Of a stretch of DNA of 64,000 bases, positions 16,428 to 25,042 are shown in pieces (the first letter of the stretch is position 1; every line of letters starts with the position of its first letter). This DNA is from Vampirovibrionales bacterium (lineage in GTDB: Bacteria; Cyanobacteriota; Vampirovibrionia; Vampirovibrionales; JAJTHC01). Made by a program: the position numbers and the translations under genes. Location: positions 715-64,714 of the forward strand of contig JBIKTR010000004.1 of assembly GCA_044348005.1 (NCBI GenBank), in the 5' to 3' direction. The notes under the pieces are model-generated. The model was not told the origin of the DNA and did no database searches. It saw nothing but the letters and a program-made list of their open reading frames with translations.

Positions 16428-18119
16428 TTGAATCCACACACGCCAAACGATGCTGAAAACCTAAACGAAACCAAACTTTTACTGGCTATTTTGCCTCAAG
16501 GCATTCAGTCGGCCATTCATGAAGAGGAACTGTATTCATTGGTTGAAATCGTCTTGGATTTGGGACGCCCCGCCGAAGTACGCTTCTTAGACGGTTCGTT
16601 TCGAGACATTGGCACAAACCCCGTCACCCCTGAAGACATCGCCCATATTCTTGAAAATATCAGCCCCTTTTCAGACGACAACCGTTCAGGCATTGCCCGC
16701 ACGCTGCACCGCATTAGTGCCATTCGCAACCGCCAAAACGATGTTGTCGGCTTAACGTGTCGCGTCGGGCGCGTATTACTAGGCACAATTGCCCCCATTG
16801 CAGATATTGTGGCAAGCGGTAAAAGCATCCTGTTATTGGGGCGCCCTGGAGTGGGCAAAACAACCAAGCTTCGTGAAATTGCCAAAGTCATTGCCAATGA
16901 ACACCGCAAGCGCGTGGTGATTGTGGACACATCTAATGAAATTGCGGGGGATGGAGACATTCCACACCCTGTGGTGGGGCGCGCCCGAAGAATGCAAGTG
17001 AAAACCCCCTTGCAACAGCAAAGCGTGATGATTGAAGCGGTTGAAAACCATATGCCTGAAGTGATTGTGATTGACGAAATAGGCACTGAAGCCGAAGCAC
17101 AAGCAGCGCGCACCATTGCCGAACGAGGCGTGAGTTTAATTGCCACCGCGCATGGAACAAAACTTGAAAACCTGATTAAAAACCCTGTACTCAGCGATTT
17201 GATTGGCGGTATTCAAAGCGTCACCTTGGGCGATGAAGAAGCACGCCGACGGGCGACACAAAAAACCATTTTGGAACGAGAAAACCCCCCTACCTTTGAT
17301 GTGGCCATTGAACTGCGAGACAAAAACACCTTTGCCGTTTACTTAGACGTTGGCAAAACCGTGGACGACATGCTTCGAGGCTTTGCCGTCAACCCCGAAA
17401 TTCGAAAAACCGCCGAAGACGGTAGCGTCAAGATCTTAAGCACCCAAGTCAAACAGTTAATGGATCCAATCAACCCAGAAGGCGGCATGAAAACAGCGTC
17501 TCTTCAAGAAGCCGTGCCGTTTCACAAGCCCATTCAGCAAGAAAACATACCCTGTTTTAACGTCTTTTTATATGCGGTGACCAAAAGTTTTGTGGAACGC
17601 ATTTTAGAGCGTCTAAACCTACAACATGTGATTCGTTTGACGCTTCAAATGCACGAAGCCCACGCCGTGCTTGCCCTGCGAGGTCACGCCCGCCCTGGAG
17701 CCAAGATATTACGACTGGCCACTGATTTTGAGGTGCCTTGTTTTTATGCCAAAACCAACACAATTCCGCAAATCCAGCGCGCCCTGCGTGAAGCCCTTGA
17801 AGCCACCGAACGAGGTCAGCACATTTTGGATCAACTGCGTTTAAGCGTAGGCGAAGAAAATAGCCGTACCGCATGGGCAAACTCAGCGGTGGAAGCCGAT
17901 GCCAGCTCGCCTCAGCATGATGAAATTGAATCGGCGATTCAAGAAGTGGAAGCGGGCATTCAAATTGTGTTGAATACGCAGAAGTCTTACGAACTGGAGC
18001 CTCGGCGGTCCTATATTCGCCGTTTACAGCACGATCATGTGGAAAAGTTCAACTTGATTTCGCTTTCCGTCGGTGCGGAACCCGAACGGCACATCAAGAT
18101 TTTACCGAATAAGACTTAA
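16428..18119 (+). CDS. AAA ATPase with a C-terminal R3H domain (Ycf45 / SpoIIIAA-like)
   Basis: Walker A LLLGRPGVGKTT, Walker B VIVIDEIGT and IATAHG. The C-terminal YIRRLQHDHVEKFNLISLSVGAEPERHIKILP looks R3H-like. TTG start in the track. Confidence 0.75.
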   Translation: MNPHTPNDAENLNETKLLLAILPQGIQSAIHEEELYSLVEIVLDLGRPAEVRFLDGSFRDIGTNPVTPEDIAHILENISPFSDDNRSGIARTLHRISAIRNRQNDVVGLTCRVGRVLLGTIAPIADIVASGKSILLLGRPGVGKTTKLREIAKVIANEHRKRVVIVDTSNEIAGDGDIPHPVVGRARRMQVKTPLQQQSVMIEAVENHMPEVIVIDEIGTEAEAQAARTIAERGVSLIATAHGTKLENLIKNPVLSDLIGGIQSVTLGDEEARRRATQKTILERENPPTFDVAIELRDKNTFAVYLDVGKTVDDMLRGFAVNPEIRKTAEDGSVKILSTQVKQLMDPINPEGGMKTASLQEAVPFHKPIQQENIPCFNVFLYAVTKSFVERILERLNLQHVIRLTLQMHEAHAVLALRGHARPGAKILRLATDFEVPCFYAKTNTIPQIQRALREALEATERGQHILDQLRLSVGEENSRTAWANSAVEADASSPQHDEIESAIQEVEAGIQIVLNTQKSYELEPRRSYIRRLQHDHVEKFNLISLSVGAEPERHIKILPNKT

Positions 18120-18136
18120 CACCTCTAAGGTAGGAA

Positions 18137-18165
18137 TTGCGACGATACGGTTTTTATGCCATAAT
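18137..18165 (+). promoter_or_regulatory. sigma70-type promoter of rnpB
   Basis: TTGCGA (18137-18142), a 17-nt spacer and CATAAT (18160-18165). The RNase P RNA P1 stem starts 7 nt downstream. Confidence 0.6.
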
Positions 18166-18171
18166 AGAGCG

Positions 18172-18542
18172 GTAACGTGTGGTACGTTGTCGCAGGTGAG
18201 GGCTTTTGGCGCTTGCTTGAGGAAAGTCCGGGCTCCTTAGAGCAGGTCGCCAGGTAACGCCTGGTGCGGGTAACCGTGAGGAAAGTGCCACAGAAATGTA
18301 AACCGCCGATGCTGCAAAGCAGGCAAGGGTGCAACGGTGAGGTAAGAGCTCACCAGCATGGCCGTAAGACCATGGCTAGGTAAACCCCAACAGGGTGCAA
18401 GGCTAGAGTTTGTTTGACGCGGAATCCTCGCTTGCTCGGCAGAATCCGTTTAGAACTTACGCCGCTAGAGGAGTGAAGGGTGACCTTCCCCCAAGACAGA
18501 TGACGACGTTAAATACAGAACCCGGCTTACACCACACGTTAC
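18172..18542 (+). ncRNA. rnpB: RNase P RNA, bacterial type A
   Basis: Universal GAGGAAAGTCCGGGCTCC near the 5' end and ACAGAACCCGGCTTA near the 3' end. P1 pairs GTAACGTGTGGT (18172-18183) with ACCACACGTTAC (18531-18542), followed by a T-run. Confidence 0.9.
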
Positions 18543-18584
18543 ATTTTTTCTATAGCTAAGGTCTGCGAAAGTCTATTTTGCCTT

Positions 18585-18702
18585 GTTCCTCCTCCCTTAG
18601 GTCGCACGCCTCGCCTATGGCGGGCTACGCTAGGAGGAGGGACACCAGCTCTGACGGGGCATCCTGAATCCCTCACCCCAACCCTCTCCCTAAGGGAGAG
18701 GG
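18585..18702. repeat. REP-like hairpin cluster between rnpB and pyrB
   Basis: Hairpin GTTCCTCCTCCCTTAG...CTAGGAGGAGGGAC and a perfect CCCTCTCCC-TAA-GGGAGAGGG hairpin (18682-18702). The motif CCTCACCCCAACCCTCTCC (18671-18689) recurs at 11514-11532. Confidence 0.6.
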
Positions 18703-19658
18703 AGTAAAGCCCAGAGCAAGCACGCCATCCGCATGGCCACACCGTTTCGCACCTGCTGATTGATCAACGACTTGGGATGCGTCGCTAAATCCGCGTGCAA
18801 TTCCGCCCCCCAGTTCACCGGCCCCGGATGCATCAATTTCACCCGATCGTAACGAGCCAAATGCTCAGGCGTGAGCTGAATCTTCTGCACGAGGGCTTCC
18901 AACGCCTCTGGCGTTTCAGCGGTAGACAACCGCTCCTTCTGAAGTCGCAACGCCATCACCACATCCACTTCAGCCAACAAGCATTCCACATCAAAGTCGG
19001 GGGCATCGCTCAGGAAAAGGGGGGTTTGCCAGTGATCTAGGGTGTCACGAGAAGGGGCCAAGGCATCGGGGGCGTAGAGCTTAACAGACACGCCTAGTTT
19101 TTTGGCGAGTGTAAGCGTCGCCGCCACCACACGACTGTGCTTAAGATCCCCCACAATGCCAAGCCGTAACTGTTGCATATCATCAAACGAACAGCCCGCT
19201 TGTTGAAAAAGCGTCAAGACGTCTAGCAAGCCTTGCGTGGGGTGATCGCTCATGCCGTCGCCCGCGTTGAGTAGGGCCAAGCGTCCGTGGGTGTGCTTGT
19301 CTAGCTCGATGTGAATACCGTCCTGCGCATGACGCAACACCACCGCATCAACACCCATGGCAATAAGCGTTTCAAGGGTATCTTCAAGCGATTCGCCCTT
19401 AAGCAGGCTAGAACTTTCAACAGGAAAGGGCAAGACGTTCGCCCCCAAGTTCATGGCGGCCAGTTCAAAGCTCAAGCGTGTTCGAGTAGACGCTTCATGA
19501 AAAAGCGTCGTCACCGTTTTACCCTTTAGTGAAGTGTTGGTGTAAGGTTTACCAGTCGCACGTGCTTTTTCTAGGGCATCCACAAAGCCTTGAGCGCTTA
19601 GAATGAGGCGTCGCACGGTGTCGGCGTCTAGGGTGTTGGAACGCAACAATGAACGCAT
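18690..19658 (-). CDS. pyrB: aspartate carbamoyltransferase catalytic subunit
   Basis: STRTRLSFE carbamoyl-phosphate motif and the HPGP box (LMHPGPVNWG). 322 aa. The stop codon lies inside the 18682-18702 hairpin. Confidence 0.9.
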   Translation of the reverse strand: MRSLLRSNTLDADTVRRLILSAQGFVDALEKARATGKPYTNTSLKGKTVTTLFHEASTRTRLSFELAAMNLGANVLPFPVESSSLLKGESLEDTLETLIAMGVDAVVLRHAQDGIHIELDKHTHGRLALLNAGDGMSDHPTQGLLDVLTLFQQAGCSFDDMQQLRLGIVGDLKHSRVVAATLTLAKKLGVSVKLYAPDALAPSRDTLDHWQTPLFLSDAPDFDVECLLAEVDVVMALRLQKERLSTAETPEALEALVQKIQLTPEHLARYDRVKLMHPGPVNWGAELHADLATHPKSLINQQVRNGVAMRMACLLWALLPLP

Positions 19659-19726
19659 GGGAGGATTCCTTCTTTACAATTAAATAATAGCAAAACCCGT
19701 CATTTAGAGCAATTGCAAACTTTTAC

Positions 19727-19755
19727 TTGCAAATGATTCTCATATGCGATAGAAT
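19727..19755 (+). promoter_or_regulatory. sigma70-type promoter with no annotated gene
   Basis: TTGCAA (19727-19732), a 17-nt spacer and TAGAAT (19750-19755). Confidence 0.45.
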
Positions 19756-19761
19756 AAATAC

Positions 19762-19858
19762 ATAAACAAAGTGCCGAGTCTTCAGACCACTCGTTCGCTT
19801 CACGGTTCAAACCAAATGATTCAGACATAGGCATCGCAGACGGGCGGTGCTTTTTTTT
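19762..19858 (+). ncRNA. candidate small RNA or terminated leader of about 95 nt
   Basis: It is bounded by the promoter above and an intrinsic terminator, GCATCGC-AGACGG-GCGGTGC followed by T8 (19831-19858). There is no ORF longer than 4 codons, and no upstream + strand gene that could use this terminator. Confidence 0.35.
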
Positions 19859-20071
19859 GTTTCCTGATATCGTGTTTTAAAGAATTCGCCGAATTGCACA
19901 ACTGTACTATTTTGTTCCCAAAAGGACGCCCCCCCTTTTGGGCATTGGGATTGTTTCATACCCCCCCTCCGCATAGAGGACGACAATCAAGAAGCCTTCA
20001 ATCAAATTCGACACCTGAAACGAAACCCTTCGCGTTGCATGTGCAGTCTAGGATATAAAGGAGTCGTTTGC

Positions 20072-22978
20072 ATGATGATGTTAGCATCCCATAAAGCCGT
20101 CAACCCCTTTGGAGATTGGATCTTTGTCGATTCGCGCACGTGGCAACGCGACGTCTTAACTCCACTTAAAGAACGTGAACTGACCTTGCTTAAACGCATG
20201 GAAGCGGTTTTTTCGGTGGAAAGTCGTTTAAGTGAACGAAACATGGCAAGTTGGTTGATTTACCAAGGGTTAGACACCCAAGATTACAGTGATATGAACT
20301 GGAACGGTAAAGGTAACGAAGACTTAGATGAAAAGCAAGTTGTTGCCGTGATGAACACGTTTGAAGCCCTGTACAAGCTGTGTTTAAGAGACAGAGAACG
20401 CTTATTTGTGTTGCAAATTGGGTTAGAAGTGCTCATGACCTTTGGGAACATTCCCAATTTAAATGCTTGGTGGGAAAAATTGGATCACTTCACCAGTAAC
20501 ATCGACGGTTTTATGCTAGAAGATGTGACGTTTCACGAATCTTTAGCCGAAGCGATGAACCTTCATGCACAATATGCCTTGATTGATCAAGATATTGACA
20601 CGGCTCATAAAAACCATCGTTTTCTTAAAAAAGCAGGCTATAGCTATAAAGGTGAACAACGAGTTCCCTATTTAGAACAATGGTCGCATGTGTCGTTAAT
20701 GTTAATCGAAATCTACGCCCATAAACAAAATGTACGCAACGCTCGCGTCTTGTACGAAGATATTTGCTTTGTGGATGAAGAACTCGCTAAAGGCAATCAG
20801 CAGGTAATAGAAGACCATGCCAAAGGCGCCGAACTCCTGATTTGGTTGAGTCGTGAACATCCTTCTAAACCCAAGACTTTACAACTACAACGAGATTTGT
20901 ACAATTTGGTGGACGCTCATGTAGACAATTCCGTAATGGTGCGTCACTTTATAAATGGGGCCATTAGCATGGCTCAAAGTTACGGCAATGAAGGGCAATT
21001 ACAACCCGCGTTGCGCTTGTGGCAATTGGCGCATCGCTTTGTCACACGAGGCAATCATTATGATCACCCTGAAGTGTTAATGCTCTTAGGCAAACTGGGT
21101 ATGAACGTGATTTGGACGCATACGGGCAAAGAATCCGTGAATGACGTTCAAGTGGTGTATGATCAACTCTGTGAAATGGCTGCTAGTGCCAAGGGGCATC
21201 CGATTCAATTTTTTGAACAATGTGCATGGGCAGGGGTTAATTTGGCTTGGGTATACGCGCAAAAAGGAGACCTTGAATCCTTGCCCCAATTGCTGAGTGA
21301 TATTCATACCTTTGAAGCCCATTACCCCATGATTTTTGGTTTTAAGGAAGCCGCAGCAGCGGCCTGCCGTAATGGTTTATGGGGAATGAGACAAGCCCAA
21401 CTGCTTCACCATAATTTGGTCTTTCAGTGTATTGAACATGAAGCGCGTCGCTTGATTTTAAATGCGGTTGAAAATCGCGATATACACCCCACCTCACCTT
21501 ATTTTCTTCAACAGCTTACAACGTTATTGTTCCAATTAGGGCAGTTGGATATTCGCTTGCATGATTACGCAAGCTTTGCCAAGCGTTTGGAATGGGCGGA
21601 AAATTTAAGTCAATTCAAAGAAATTTTACTAGCAGAACATGCGTTATTTGTGTGTGAATATGCCCTGTTAGGGATTGAAAATCGTAATAAAGTCGAATTA
21701 TTTGAACACACCGAACGTTTTTGGAACGTTCTTAACACGCTTTCATTAACCTTTACAGATTCTGAAGACATTCAACGACTGTATGCCGCGGGAGCCTGCC
21801 ATTGGGCATGGCGGTTGAAGAAAGTCAAAAACATCGCTGAAATCGAAGCGCTTTTGCGTCATTTAAAGCTGGTTCAAAGTAAGTTTCCCTATTCTATTGA
21901 ATTATTACGCGGGATGTGTGGCTTACATGCCACGCTTGCAACCGCCTATGTTGAAGTAGACAATTGGACACTGGCAACATCCCATTTAAACCCGATCAAA
22001 ACCTTGTTTTCACAAAGCAAGCAAGACGCCAAAATCCTGAATGCGTGGGCAGAAGTGCTAACCAAGATGGTGACCACTTGGCCTCACCATCGTAATGTAC
22101 AATCCACTCTTCCGTATTTGGAAACATTACTAGAACTTTCTAAGCAGTACCCTCAACATAACTTTTGGCCCAGTACGCTTGCCCAAGTGCGTGCCCACCA
22201 TTGCCAAAGCTTCTTTATGTTGAAGCATGCCGATGCCGCACTTAAAGAATTGCATGCTTTACAAGAGTTATGGGAAACCTTTAAGCCTCATCATGCCGTA
22301 GAAACCGCTTACATGAATGCAAAAGCCGCGCGTGTTATGTGGATTTGTAGTCAAGAAGACTTAGAAAAGGCTCAATTTGAATTATGGCAAGTCTTTCAGC
22401 ATCATGACGTGCAACTTCGTGAAAAGCGCCCCTTGGTAGGGTGGAAAGCAAGCCTGACGAGTGCTTTAGCCGTCTTTAATTTGGCGATCAAACAGCCTAA
22501 TGCCCCCGTGGCCGATGCTGTGTTTCGTCGTTCATTAAATCTAGTCAAGCAACTTCCCCCACGTTTGGCCAAAGATCCATGGCGAAGTTTGGGTTACATG
22601 GCCCTAGGGTGGACGAATCACATTCCGAGGGAAGAAGACCCACGCACGTGGTTTCAAAAAGTCATGCAACAGCCTTTGCATGAAGTCGTGCATGAATTGC
22701 TGCATCTTCCGCAAACGCAAGGCATCGCGGTTTGGGATTCACTTCGCAAGCCGATGGTTCCTTATTTTGAACATGACGCAGGCTTCACGGATTCTAGTCG
22801 TTATATTGTGGGCTTTCAGATCAATGACGCCTTGAGCAAAGAAACCTTAGAAGCGTTGCATCAAGACCCTGACCCTTTATGGATTCAGCAAAAATGTTTT
22901 GAAGTCTGTGTGTTGGAAGGATCTCAACAGGCGGAACATTTTTATCAGCACATTCGTTCGTTCCAGGGGTCTTCATAA
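20072..22978 (+). CDS. large hypothetical protein, probably alpha-helical repeat (TPR-like)
   Basis: 979-aa ORF. AAGGAG (20058-20063) lies 8 nt before the ATG at 20072 (MMMLASHK). Rich in Leu, Ala, His and Trp with recurrent helix-pair-like segments. No catalytic motif recognised. Confidence 0.55.
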   Translation: MMMLASHKAVNPFGDWIFVDSRTWQRDVLTPLKERELTLLKRMEAVFSVESRLSERNMASWLIYQGLDTQDYSDMNWNGKGNEDLDEKQVVAVMNTFEALYKLCLRDRERLFVLQIGLEVLMTFGNIPNLNAWWEKLDHFTSNIDGFMLEDVTFHESLAEAMNLHAQYALIDQDIDTAHKNHRFLKKAGYSYKGEQRVPYLEQWSHVSLMLIEIYAHKQNVRNARVLYEDICFVDEELAKGNQQVIEDHAKGAELLIWLSREHPSKPKTLQLQRDLYNLVDAHVDNSVMVRHFINGAISMAQSYGNEGQLQPALRLWQLAHRFVTRGNHYDHPEVLMLLGKLGMNVIWTHTGKESVNDVQVVYDQLCEMAASAKGHPIQFFEQCAWAGVNLAWVYAQKGDLESLPQLLSDIHTFEAHYPMIFGFKEAAAAACRNGLWGMRQAQLLHHNLVFQCIEHEARRLILNAVENRDIHPTSPYFLQQLTTLLFQLGQLDIRLHDYASFAKRLEWAENLSQFKEILLAEHALFVCEYALLGIENRNKVELFEHTERFWNVLNTLSLTFTDSEDIQRLYAAGACHWAWRLKKVKNIAEIEALLRHLKLVQSKFPYSIELLRGMCGLHATLATAYVEVDNWTLATSHLNPIKTLFSQSKQDAKILNAWAEVLTKMVTTWPHHRNVQSTLPYLETLLELSKQYPQHNFWPSTLAQVRAHHCQSFFMLKHADAALKELHALQELWETFKPHHAVETAYMNAKAARVMWICSQEDLEKAQFELWQVFQHHDVQLREKRPLVGWKASLTSALAVFNLAIKQPNAPVADAVFRRSLNLVKQLPPRLAKDPWRSLGYMALGWTNHIPREEDPRTWFQKVMQQPLHEVVHELLHLPQTQGIAVWDSLRKPMVPYFEHDAGFTDSSRYIVGFQINDALSKETLEALHQDPDPLWIQQKCFEVCVLEGSQQAEHFYQHIRSFQGSS

Positions 22979-23623
22979 AGGGCGCCCATACAGTCGTTGT
23001 AATTGAGCCAAGTCTTCGTGGGTGAATTGGTGGTTCTGCAAACTGCGATAAAACATCACACTATGGGGATTTTGTGTATGTTCTAACCCCAAGGCATGGC
23101 CTATTTCATGCAAAAAGGTGGCGTACAACTGTAAGCATTGAGCCTCAGAATCCAAGTGTTGGTTAATGCGTGGGTTACGTTGCAAAACAAGGTCACTTCT
23201 ATAAATAAATAGTTGTCCTTTTTTGAAGTGGGTTTGATTAAGGGTGCGTCCTACTTCGTAAGGGCGCTGTGGATTGGTGTCATCGCTCCATGCAATAAAG
23301 ATGCCTTCGCTCGTGTCATTGTGGCGGGTAAGGGGCTTAAATTGTATGCCGCCGTTACTGGCAGACTGCCAAGCCCGCAGGGCTTTTTCAAAGGCTTCAG
23401 GGGGTTGGGGTTGCTTGTCATCGAAAGGTTCACAAAAAATAGAAATCGCTTGAGGATCTTCCCAAACAGGCACCCACTGGGAAAGTTCAGCGGGGGGAAG
23501 GGCGGTTTTGGCTTCAATCGAACGTTTAGCAAACCCTTGATTCCCAGCAGGCGTGGGATTCTGTGGCCCTATTTGAAGAGGCGAGTGAAGAAAAGATGAT
23601 TTTGAAAAAGGGGGAACAGGCAC
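22973..23623 (-). CDS. metzincin zinc metalloprotease (matrixin/M10-like)
   Basis: HEIGHALGLEH (HExxHxxGxxH) followed by SVMFY (Met-turn). GTG start in the track. Confidence 0.75.
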   Translation of the reverse strand: MPVPPFSKSSFLHSPLQIGPQNPTPAGNQGFAKRSIEAKTALPPAELSQWVPVWEDPQAISIFCEPFDDKQPQPPEAFEKALRAWQSASNGGIQFKPLTRHNDTSEGIFIAWSDDTNPQRPYEVGRTLNQTHFKKGQLFIYRSDLVLQRNPRINQHLDSEAQCLQLYATFLHEIGHALGLEHTQNPHSVMFYRSLQNHQFTHEDLAQLQRLYGRPL

Positions 23624-23664
23624 GGCAAGTCACCTCTTCTTACGATTCAATGGAAGAAGCATCA

Positions 23665-24684
23665 TTAGTAAACAACCGTTTCAAGTACGTTTAATAAGGC
23701 TTGGGTGGTGGTATTTAAGTCGGTTTCGACTGATGCACCCGCTGCTTTTTTATGCCCCCCCCCACCAAAATGTTCACCTAGCAAGGCAGAAACATCAATA
23801 GCGTTAGAATTAGAACGCAAGCTGATTTTGGTGCGTCCTGAAGGCATTTCTTTAACAAAGGCGGACACTTGCACGCCTTGAATGCAGCGTAATTGGTCGA
23901 TGATGCCTTCGGTGTGTTCGTCTAAAGCATTAAAGTGGTCTAATTCTTTTAAGGTGAGCGTCGTCCACATAATACGACCCTTCGCATGAGCCTTGGCCTT
24001 TAAAACCGCATGGGCGATCAACTGGCTTTGGCAAAAGGGCTGTGTTTCATAGATTTGATTGTAAATATAGGTCACATCGGCTCCTGCGCGTTGAAGTTGG
24101 CTGGCGACTTCAAAGACTTCAGGCGTGGTGCTAGAATGTCGAAATCCGCCCGTGTCCGTCAATAAAGCCACATACAAACACGTCGCTGCTTCAGGACTTA
24201 TGGGGCTTTGCCACCTATTTAAAAGTCTTACAATTACTTGACCTGTTGCCGCGGCATCGGTTTCAATGAGATTGATCTGAGCAAAGGCGTCGTTTGAAAC
24301 ATGATGATCGATATTTAGGGTATACGTTGCGGTTTCAAACAATTGAACCGCAGGCCCCAGCCGAGACACAGACCCACAATCAACAGAAATGGCTAAATCA
24401 TAGCGTTTTAGCACTTTTTCAGGCGTTTTGTCGATGCTAATAACTTCTTCAATACCAGGCATAAAGTGAAAGACATCTGGCATGCGTCCCGCAATAATAC
24501 AGTCGATTCGTTTGATGTGAGGGAAAAGAGCGCCAAGGCTATGTTTTAAACCCAACATAGAACCCAGTGTATCGCCATCAGGGCCCACATGGGCGGTAAT
24601 GAAAACGGTTTCAACAGAATCTAAAACGTTATAGGCGTCTTGGTATCGACGCAATTTTGGCAAGCGTTCAGTTGTCATACTCAT
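23665..24684 (-). CDS. nrnA: DHH/DHHA1 phosphoesterase (NrnA-type oligoribonuclease / pAp phosphatase)
   Basis: HVGPDGDTLGS, NIDHHVSN and C-terminal GGGGHKKAAG motifs. Confidence 0.85.
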   Translation of the reverse strand: MSMTTERLPKLRRYQDAYNVLDSVETVFITAHVGPDGDTLGSMLGLKHSLGALFPHIKRIDCIIAGRMPDVFHFMPGIEEVISIDKTPEKVLKRYDLAISVDCGSVSRLGPAVQLFETATYTLNIDHHVSNDAFAQINLIETDAAATGQVIVRLLNRWQSPISPEAATCLYVALLTDTGGFRHSSTTPEVFEVASQLQRAGADVTYIYNQIYETQPFCQSQLIAHAVLKAKAHAKGRIMWTTLTLKELDHFNALDEHTEGIIDQLRCIQGVQVSAFVKEMPSGRTKISLRSNSNAIDVSALLGEHFGGGGHKKAAGASVETDLNTTTQALLNVLETVVY

Positions 24685-24775
24685 GGTATTTCCTTTTATG
24701 AAATTTTATATCCTTTAGTATAACCCATGGCGAAGGGTTTTGGTACAATTATTAGGTTTAAATACTGAACTTATA

Positions 24776-24907
24776 CCGTTTAAACGAATGAATAGCGTAT
24801 AGGTGGATTCTAGGAGCCTAGACTCGCAGATGGGTGAAGCGTACATAAGCACATCGAGAATCGTAGCGACAACGAAGACGCCAGACGCTATTTAATCGTT
24901 TAATTGG
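24776..24907 (-). repeat. dispersed palindromic element, member A
   Basis: The reverse complement carries the 5' box TCTTCGTTGTCGCTACGAT (24860-24878), a central hairpin and the 3' box CTAGGCTCCTAGAAT (24807-24821). The outer arms 24776-24798 and 24885-24907 are complementary at 19 of 23 positions. Confidence 0.75.
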
Positions 24908-25042
24908 TATTACGGAAAAGAGTGTGTTTTGAGGTTAGTGCTTTACCAGAATTGAAAAAGCGACAATCAATGCATTCTTTTTCTGTTATAATGCTAAACA
25001 TACTAAACAATTCCCATTATTTTGTAAAGGATCTCCACGCCC

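Noticed and set aside
16517-17146. 209-aa antisense ORF inside the Ycf45-like gene, and similar antisense or alternate-frame ORFs inside priA (8558-8968), the SLT gene (5864-6181), trmFO (50195-50659), fliF (3271-3561) and others
   Set aside because: Each is fully embedded in a gene with clear family motifs on the other strand or frame, and their compositions (Arg/Ser/Pro/Cys-rich) are typical of shadow ORFs.
18125-18742. ORFs 18125-18334 (minus) and 18539-18742 (minus)
   Set aside because: They lie within RNase P RNA and within the REP-like hairpin region respectively, and their sequences are explained by those features.
19659-19860. PyrR-type attenuator upstream of pyrB
   Set aside because: The only terminator-like hairpin with a U-run is on the + strand, opposite to pyrB. 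No PyrR-binding loop motif (ARUCCAGAGAGGYU-like) was seen on the pyrB strand.
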